NCBI GenBank assembly: GCA_951406725.2
Contig: OX597832.1
Coordinates: 31,992,001 to 32,056,000 of the forward strand
Reading direction: 5' to 3'
Source of the DNA: Octopus vulgaris
Taxonomy: Eukaryota
Length of the DNA: 64,000 nucleotides
Part shown: piece after piece, positions 55,271 through 64,000 of the stretch
How positions within the stretch are numbered: position 1 is the stretch's first letter
Layout of the letters: every line of letters begins with the position of its first letter
The notes under the pieces: model-generated
What the model saw: the letters and a program-made list of their open reading frames with translations, nothing else
Database searches by the model: none
What the model was told of the DNA's origin: nothing
Position numbers and translations under genes: made by a program

Positions 55271-55709
55271 TTGATAATAATTAATAACAACAGTGACACA
55301 CAACCAATTCTCTCGGTACCAATAAAGTGATCAATAAAGTGATCAACATGAAAAACAGAACATAACAGGGTAGATATTAAGACTGAATCTTTGTCACGAT
55401 AAAGATACTGGGAGGCGGCAGTGAGACGGGTATGTCGTGCGAAATTGTGGGAGAAAAGTTGATTTAATACTTTTCTCTGGAGCTTTTCTGAAAGTGTTGA
55501 GAGTTGCCGAGAGACATAGAAACGAACGAAGCGGAAATAATCATCTACGTTGCAGAAAAACAGAAAGGCGAGCAGAAACAGAGATTTTGAAATAATGTAG
55601 GAATGTAAAGATGCATTGTCATAGATGTAAGAGTAAGCTTCTTTTCTGGAGAGCGAAATACGAATCAATTCTACCGCCGCAGTCGAGAACCAGCAATTAT
55701 GCTTCCTCT

Positions 55710-56150
55710 CAGACTCCAGGGACTGGTGAGTTGTATAAATGACAGTGTCGCACCGTGGAATGTTTTAGGTGCGACACCAGTGCAAAATCACCCCCTCCGA
55801 CAAGTCATCCTAACGAGATGTCTGCGCTGACTGGGTCATGCCCTCCGTCGTCAACCAGGAGAATTCATCTACAAAGCAATTGCCTCAGCTTCCCTTCAGA
55901 GTTGGCAAAATCGATATGGGGGACAACGAAAAACCTGGCTGATGACAGTCAAGGCTGACCTGGAAGCTAACCTAGGCCCCCATGTCTAAGGCATTCGCCG
56001 CTGGAATAAGGAGTGGTTGGAGATCATGCGGTCGTTAGCCTCAAATCGCCAGGCCTGGTCGGAGTTTGTGAGAGATGCAGCATTGAGGATGAATGAAGGC
56101 AGCTCAACCCACCCCAGGTGAATGCTGTCTCAAGACAAGACAAAAAGATA
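55710..56150 (+). mobile_element. 5'-truncated RTE-clade LINE 3' end
   Basis: RCLR*LGHALRRQPG..GGQRKTWLMTVKADLE..WNKEWL....LASNRQAWSEFV, followed by a (CAAGA)n tail. Confidence 0.8.
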
Positions 56151-56619
56151 AATGACAGTGATGGATTTGTAGAGCGCTAATTTGGTGTCTTTAGTTTCTT
56201 GACAGAAGTACTTTGTAGGCAAGAAGGGAAGGATCTTGGAGACCCGAACTATGTAAGTCACACAAGGCGAAGGAACGGGAACGGATATAGAAATAGAGAT
56301 TCTGTATAGGGTCAAATCGACGCCCGATCAGAGAGAAATGCTAAACGGTACGAAACCGTTTGTGAAGATGGATGCATAAGGGAGTACTGCGCCATCAGAG
56401 AAGCAGTAGTATAAGTAGTAGTAGGATGAGGAAAAGGAAGAGAGGAGGTGAATGAGGATGTGAAGGAGTAGCAAAGGTTGAGGAGTAGTTGTAGTAACAT
56501 GATTATTTTAAGAACATTTTGTGAAATTACCGTACGTGGATGAATGAATCACACACACATATACTCACACAAATGCACACGCACATATAAAGATATGTAT
56601 ATCTTTTATATCGTACTCT

Positions 56620-57100
56620 TTCCACTCATTAGATTGCGGCCATGCTGGAGCTTTGCCTTGAAGTATCTTTAATCGAATGAATCAACCCCAGTTCTTATTT
56701 CTTTTAATCCTGGTACTTATACTATCAGTGTCATTTGTCGAACTGCTAAGTTACGGGGACATAAACACACCAACACAGGTTGGAGCTGGGGGTCAAGCAC
56801 AGATACAAACACAGACATACTCACGCACATACTTATTCACACACACAAATGCACATATACTCACATACTCACACACACAGAAACACAGACCCTCACATAC
56901 ACATACACAAATACAGACATACACACACACAAACACTGACACTCACACACATATGTATGCTTCTTTAGTCAGAATCTCTTTCAGCTTCTTTCAACCAAAA
57001 TCTACTGAATATTTGCCCGAGTTGTCACGGGGTTGGACTGAACCCGGAACCATGAGGATGGGAAGCAAGACTCTTACCACTCAAACACATCAGCACCCAT
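56620..57100 (-). mobile_element. Family C SINE, near full length
   Basis: Tail gcggccatgctggagc, internal (CA)n and head gactgaacccggaaccatg..gggaagcaagactcttaccac. Confidence 0.8.
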
Positions 57101-57187
57101 AATATACCTACCTACCTACCTACGTACCTACGTACCTACCTACCTACCTACCTACTTAACTACCTAACTACATACGTACAAACATAC

Positions 57188-57220
<33 letters not shown>

Positions 57221-57325
57221 GACACATATATATATGTATATATATACATGTATATAATTATATATGTATATATATGTAAATATATATACATATATACATA
57301 TACATATACATACATATATACATAC

Positions 57326-57450
<125 letters not shown>

Positions 57451-58077
57451 CATATACATATATACATACATATATATACATGTATGTATGTATGTACGTA
57501 TGTAATAATTCTGCGTCCTTATCATCGAGAGAATTTCGTCATGAATGCCTGGCAAGATTCATTTATCTTTAATCAGAATCTAAATTCTAATGAAAATCTC
57601 TGCTGTGTGTTGTTCGTGATATTATATCCCTTTGATTCTTATTTACAGGGAATTTCTTGGTTGCTAAATTAATTAGAGGCTTTCAGTAAGTTGATTAAAT
57701 GTAGCATTGCGGATAAGGATGCAAAAAAGAAAAAAAAACATGACTTTTGAGGATTAGAAAATTCCTTGAATTTAGGTATAGGAACATATTTTCTGGAGTT
57801 GATTAAGTAGAAAATTAAACGCTATCGACAAGCCCCTCCTCACACATACATTCGCTATTTATATGCCTTAGATTTTCTCTCATTGTATAAATATACATAC
57901 AAATATATATGTATACACAAACATATACGCATAAATATAAGAAGGGATGATATCATTAATATACCATCACGTGTGGTAAGCGAGTTATCAGCCGTACAGG
58001 CAAATAAATAAAATACATACATACAATAATAAATATGTACCCATATATATATATATATATAACAAGAACTTTGCTAA

Positions 58078-58139
<62 letters not shown>

Positions 58140-58556
58140 GAAGGCACAAAAAGAGGACCTACATCGCTGAAAATAGAAGTCGAAAATATTTCTGTACCAC
58201 AGATTAGTCACAACTCAACTCCAGGTATAATAGGAGAAAATGCCAGAGGACATCAAAAACGTCTTACCTCTGCTAGGTCAGCACAAGCAATACTGATCAA
58301 CCTGTTTTGAAATTAGCGCCAAATTGGTGCCTGTTTCTCTTCAGCCAAACTGTGCCAGCACGCTACTACTAAAATGCCCGCAAACGTTCGTTTGAAGTGA
58401 CAAAACGCTGTCTAAACAAACGAAAAGCTTGAAATTATTTATGAATAAATATAAGAATGGATGGTATTATTAAAATACCATCACCTCTGGTATATATCCT
58501 TAAATCCTTAAAAATGTTTAGCTGGGGCAATATATACATATCTATACATATGTGAG

Positions 58557-58587
<31 letters not shown>

Positions 58588-59379
58588 GTTTTTATAAATA
58601 TGTATATATACATGTTTGTGTATATGTCCATCTATCTTTCTATCTCTATTTCTCTCCCAATGTGAGTGTGTCTGTGTGTCTGTGAATGTATGTATGTATG
58701 TATACGTATATATACACGCATATGGCAATGGCATGCACCCTGTAACTTTGGACTCGCTGTCATAATATTCCTTGTAAATGTTTAATATCACTACACACGA
58801 AAGCACATGCAAGCACGCATTCGCATCCGTACACACGCACACATACGCACACACACAGATACACACACAGACGCGCATATACTCCGAAGAGAAAATTTAT
58901 ATACACGCTTATTTATATTTCGTTAAATATACGGTCACAAAAAATGCTGACGTAATCATGGTCAACTCTCTGCTCGCCTCCATTAAATAAAGACAAATCA
59001 AATAAATAATATTTATGAGCCACGCTTATCGCTTCATTAACTCACACAATATGATATTAAGCAAGTCATCTAACGACGTCTGGACACTGCAACTTTGAAC
59101 TTTACTGGGCAAATCTTTGAATGACAGGTTCTCATACGGAAATAAATACTTTATTATCATGGATTTTATATCTCTGACATAAGTTCCCATGCATGTAGAT
59201 GTGTCAGAATTATTTTCTGATCAGGTGTATTCAACAAATGCATCAACACTGGAAATATTTACTGGAAGTGTGAATATTTCTGTGGTAGACCCACTGAGGA
59301 CATACTTTCTAAGCTAGATGCACAAGTTGATATTTTTCTTTGATATTCCTACATTTTTCTGCCTACATTATATATTGGT

Positions 59380-59580
59380 TTCAAATTTTGGCACAACGGC
59401 AGCAATTTCGGGAGTGGTATAAGACGATTACATCGATCCCAATGCTCAACTGCTACTTATTTTATCGACCCTGAAATAATGAAAGGCAATGTAGACTTCG
59501 ACGAAATTCGAACTGAGAACTCAAACGAATGAAATAGCGCCAAGCATTTTGCCCGACACCCTAACGGCTGTGCCGTATCG
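59380..59580 (-). mobile_element. Decayed family M SINE
   Basis: gattacatcgatcccaatgctcaactgctacttattttatcgaccctgaaataatgaaaggc. Confidence 0.7.
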
Positions 59581-59807
59581 CTGTTCTTTTCGTACTTTAC
59601 ATATTGTCGTGCTTTGAATCACACTATTTGAATGGAGCTTATTTTCTCGATCCTGACGTGATGAAAGAGGAAGTGGGCTTTGTCGGAATTTGATCTCAGA
59701 ACGTATTGATTCGGAAGAAATTATAGTAACAGACCAATATGAACACAAGCTAGAAAGTAATGTTTTTACTGATTCAGTGACTGACAAGTCATTGAAAGGG
59801 AATCAAT

Positions 59808-60095
59808 TAGTGTTTAGGTATGATGAGTTCACGACCGTTTGGTCGTGAGTTCGATCCCTGGTAACGCTTTATGTATTTCTGTCGGTCATTTTACTCCACA
59901 TTGCTCCTCTCCATTTAGCAGGCAAAAATGTGTAGTATCTGCATTACATTTCAAAGAACCAGTCTTGCCCCAATCTCTGTCAAGCTAAATCTCCCTAAGA
60001 ACTATGTTAATAAGACCGTGTTTGTGGCGGGCTCAACCACTTGCATGACGATTTCATGGGCCGGCTGTTCCATCGTTGTAACCGACGGAGGGCCA
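59808..60095 (+). mobile_element. Decayed family B SINE
   Basis: gtgagttcgatccc..ggcaaaaatgtgtag..aatctccctaagaactatg..ccacttgcatg, collinear with the reverse complement of 33858-34135. Confidence 0.7.
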
Positions 60096-61439
60096 TTTGA
60101 CTGACATGTTACTTCGTCAGTATTTAATCCACTAACTTCATTCAGATTAGCAATTTTGTCAACAATTAATGAGAGCTAAATCAAGAATTTGGGTGGGCCA
60201 GTATAAAACATGCCTTAGTCTTTCTGAAAATATGAAAATCTCTTTAGAAATGAAAAACAAAAGCAAACTAACAAAGAAGCAGAGAAATATAAACACAAAG
60301 AAAAAAAAATAATAGTTTGAAATCTGTAACAAAATCTTTAAATAAGAATTTATATACGAAGCCTTAACTTTGTTTTAGAGCAAACTTTTTATTGTGTTTT
60401 ATTTTTTTCTTCTTCCTAGTTTGGTAAAATATTTAAAAGATTTTTGCGTATTTTAAAAATCTTTTAGCTTAAAGGAAAAAGGTTGTTAAAGATTTTAAAT
60501 TTTATTGTTTCAAAATTTGATTATACTCAAAGACACACAAAGATAGTACACACACACGCACACCCATATACCCACACCCAGAATTGTGTATAGATATGTA
60601 TGTATATATGTATGCATGCATATATACATACCTATATATATATATATGATATATATATATATATATATATACATACATATATATGCGTATGTGTTCATAT
60701 AAATATGTATGTGTATGTATATATATATATATGTATGCATATGTGTGTATGTGTGTGTACGTATGTATGTATTAGAACAGCTTTACAATGGAATTTGAAT
60801 TAACGAGGGATGAATTATTAGAAGAAAGGAAAGAAGCAGGAAAATTAACGAAAATAAAAAAAGAATTTTAAATAAAAAATTGAAAACAAACCACACAAAT
60901 ATAAGAAGGTAAAAAAGGTAAAAATAGATTCGAAAGAGAAGAAAAGAAAGACGATATTAGGATAAATAGGATAAAGAAATGAAAGACAAATTTTTTGGAA
61001 TGCATTTATTGAAAATGTGAAGACATTGTAGTGCTTACAAGAGACATGATTAATGGACGCAAAGAAGATTCCGAATATTTCTTTGCAATTTATAATTTTT
61101 CTGTTTTAGAGAATAACTATAGCGATAAAGCTGTGAAAAGTACCAGTATGGTGTTGGTACGCTTCTTGGCTAAGGATGATGAATAAATGTTTAGAAGTCA
61201 ACAATGGAACTGAAATTAATCAAAACACAATAAAGGAAAATAGAAAATTCACAGCGAATTAAACAAACAATATTTTATTTTTATATTTGTTTGTGTTTGT
61301 GTTTTGGTTTACTCAAGAAAAAAAACATAGAAATTTGTAACATAAATATAAAATGAAGCAAGAATTTTGTTTAGATTTCAATGATTTTGGTTTTTGTTTT
61401 ATTAAATAGAATTTATCGGCCGATTTCTCAGAAAAATAG

Positions 61440-62120
61440 AATTGAGAGAATAGGATGGTAAAGGAACGGATTGTAAGGGTAGGAGTGGTAGTGAGAATGA
61501 AAATGGGAAAGAGATAGAGAGCGAGGACAAAATGGTAAAAGAATGGTTGGGAATGTTATAAATGGTAAAAGAATGGATAACAAAGTGATGGGATGTGTGT
61601 GGATAAATGGTGACAGAATTGCATGTGGTAAGCCAATGGGGAAGAAGATTGTGATGGGTAGAAAATATATGGCGGGTGTGAGAAAGGGTAAAAAGTGTAC
61701 GGGTGGCGCGAGAATGGGTAATGAATGTTGGAGTGGTGTGGGAGTGCAGGGTGGCGCAGGTAGAAATCGTAAATCGATCGTTGGTAGTGTTATAAATGGC
61801 AAAGGAAGTTGTGGGAAAAGTATGTGTGCTAAGAAAATGGGATGTAAGATTATGGGTGGTGCAAGAATACGTAAGGGTCTGAACGGGTGGTGAGTGTATA
61901 GGCAGAGAAAGAATGGGGAGAAAGTTGAGGTGAAGTGTTGGGTGGGCGAGAGAATGAGTAATTAGCGTGAATGGGTTGGCGTGAGAATGGGTGGTGCAGA
62001 AATTGGTATATGTGAAAATGGGGGCGGTGGTTCTAGGAATGGGTTGGTGTGAGGGGCGGGTAGATGTGACAATGGCTGCGAAACGTGTGGGAAATGAGGG
62101 GACATGTGGCAATGTATTGA
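61440..62120. repeat. Degenerate G/A-rich tandem low-complexity array
   Basis: Recurring gagaatggg / aaatggtaaaagaatgg words and a strong strand skew. Confidence 0.5.
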
Positions 62121-62134
62121 ATCGTTTAGCGTTT

Positions 62135-62505
62135 ATCATTTTATGTTTCAGTCATGTGAATGCGGCGATGCTGGAGCAACGCCTTGAAGTACTTTAGTCG
62201 AACGAATATTTATCCCCTTAAGCCTGGTTTTTATTCTATTGAAGTCTGTTGCCGAACCGTTATGTTACGGGGGGATAAACACACCAACACCGGCTCTCAA
62301 AGGGTGGTGGAGGAGAAACAGATAGACAGACAGACAGACACACACAAGCAGACTGCATTCAGTTTCCGTCTACTAAATTCACTCACAGGGCTTTGGTCGG
62401 CCCCAGACTATGGTAGAAAACATTCTGTCTTTGTGGCCCACACTGTGATTGAACCAGGAACTAAGTGGATGAGAAGCAGACATTTTCTCCACGCAGCCAT
62501 CCCCA
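62135..62505 (-). mobile_element. Family C SINE, near full length
   Basis: tgtttcagtcatgtgaatgcggcgatgctggagc...cagtttccgtctactaaattcactcacagggctttggtcggcc...gaaccaggaac. Confidence 0.8.
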
Positions 62506-62915
62506 TGTCTATGATAAATGATAGATAAATAAATAAAAAAAAACAAAGAAAGAAAGAAAAGAAAAATAACGTGAAAGGACTCAACATTGTAATTCCATCT
62601 GTTTACTACTACGTCCGATTTTGTCATGTTGTGGTATGTCAAACATCATAGCAGAAAACAATGCAAAAATGAGATAGAATCACTTGTTGTCATTTCTCTC
62701 CCGCGTTCTAAGCTGTTGTTCGCAACAGGTTCTGGAAAAATTGATGGATTTTGCTAATCACAGAACAAAACCCGGTGATAAGTGAGGACTTTATTTCTGT
62801 TTTAACGAGTTTTCTTTCGACTTGTCTCTACCAATTGCATTCACATTACTTCTACTATGATGTATTGTCAATTAGCTAGAGGAAAATGGCGGAGATAGCA
62901 TAGAACATCAAGAAT

Positions 62916-62986
62916 TCTTCTTCTTCTTCTTCTTCTTCTTCTTCTTCTTCTTCTTCTTCTTCTTCTTCTTCTTCTTCTTCTTCTCC

Positions 62987-63043
<57 letters not shown>

Positions 63044-63083
63044 AATAATAATAATAATGAAATAATAATAATAATAAAAATAA

Positions 63084-63163
<80 letters not shown>

Positions 63164-63203
63164 AATAATAATAATAATGAAATAATAATAATAATAAAAA
63201 TAA

Positions 63204-63278
<75 letters not shown>

Positions 63279-63302
63279 GATAATAATAATAATAATAATA
63301 AT

Positions 63303-63362
<60 letters not shown>

Positions 63363-63370
63363 CATTATTA
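62916..63370. repeat. (CTT)n followed by (AAT)n with a 120 bp internal duplication
   Basis: tgaaataataataataatgaaataataataataataaaaataaa occurs at 63041 and 63161. Confidence 0.9.
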
Positions 63371-63371
63371 T

Positions 63372-63583
63372 TTCAAATTTTTACCACAAGGGCAGCTCGT
63401 GTGAGGTGGGGATGAGTCGACTACATCGACCCTAGTGTTTAACTGGTACTTAATTTATCGATCCTGAAAGTATGAAAGGCAAAGTCGACTTCAGCGGAAT
63501 TTGAACTGAGAACATAGCAACAGGGAAAAACACTGCTAAACATTTCACCGGGCTTGCTAGTGATTCTGCCATCTCGTTGCCTT
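63372..63583 (-). mobile_element. Family M SINE monomer
   Basis: gtcgactacatcgaccctagtgtttaactggtacttaatttatcgatcctgaaagtatgaaaggcaaagtcgac. Confidence 0.8.
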
Positions 63584-64000
63584 AACAACAACAATAATAA
63601 TAATAATGATAATAGATGCTTCACCTGCAAGATCATGCGCTGTTTATCATATGGTTGTGCTGCATGTACCTGGTGTACCCTTACCGGACGCGTAGTCATG
63701 ATGGGTGTGTTGGTTTTCGTACATTTTGCCCCAATGTTCATTCTGACGGGATATACATTGTTGAAGATATTATTGTTAGTTTATATGAAGGAATCTATTT
63801 TTTTAAATTCTAACTAAAATCTTCAGATCATCCGCGTAGAGCAAATGGTTAAATTTTCCATTATCCCTAAAATGGAACTCTGCCTTTGTCTTTTTTGATA
63901 CTAAACTGAGTGAGATTACACATGACGCAAATACTAAAATGGATAACGAGACTCTTTGGAAAATTCCTCTCTTGATAATGACTTTCTTTAAGACTGTATC

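Overview
AT-rich, microsatellite-dense eukaryotic non-coding DNA (intronic or intergenic). The repeat content suggests an octopus/coleoid cephalopod genome; this is inference. No host protein-coding gene could be recognised. Most ORFs in the track are microsatellite artefacts, and the remainder are mostly decayed retroelement fragments. The window is a mosaic of tRNA-derived SINEs (CORE-like, Meta/MESC-like, a dimeric form and a chimeric form), decayed CR1, RTE and Tx1/L1-like LINEs, a Helentron/DINE-like element, a CAGT-ended MITE and many Penelope-like element (PLE) remnants. The main signal is about 15 short type-I hammerhead-ribozyme (HHR) motifs from at least six sequence families. Most have a family-specific self-complementary stem III, and several sit as head-to-head foldback pairs. 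One family, present in two dispersed copies (15.7 kb and 36.8 kb), has the core GUGAACA instead of CUGANGA. This is a compensatory G3-C8 swap of the tertiary C3-G8 pair, which canonical motif searches would miss. All alignments and folds were made by eye and boundaries are approximate.
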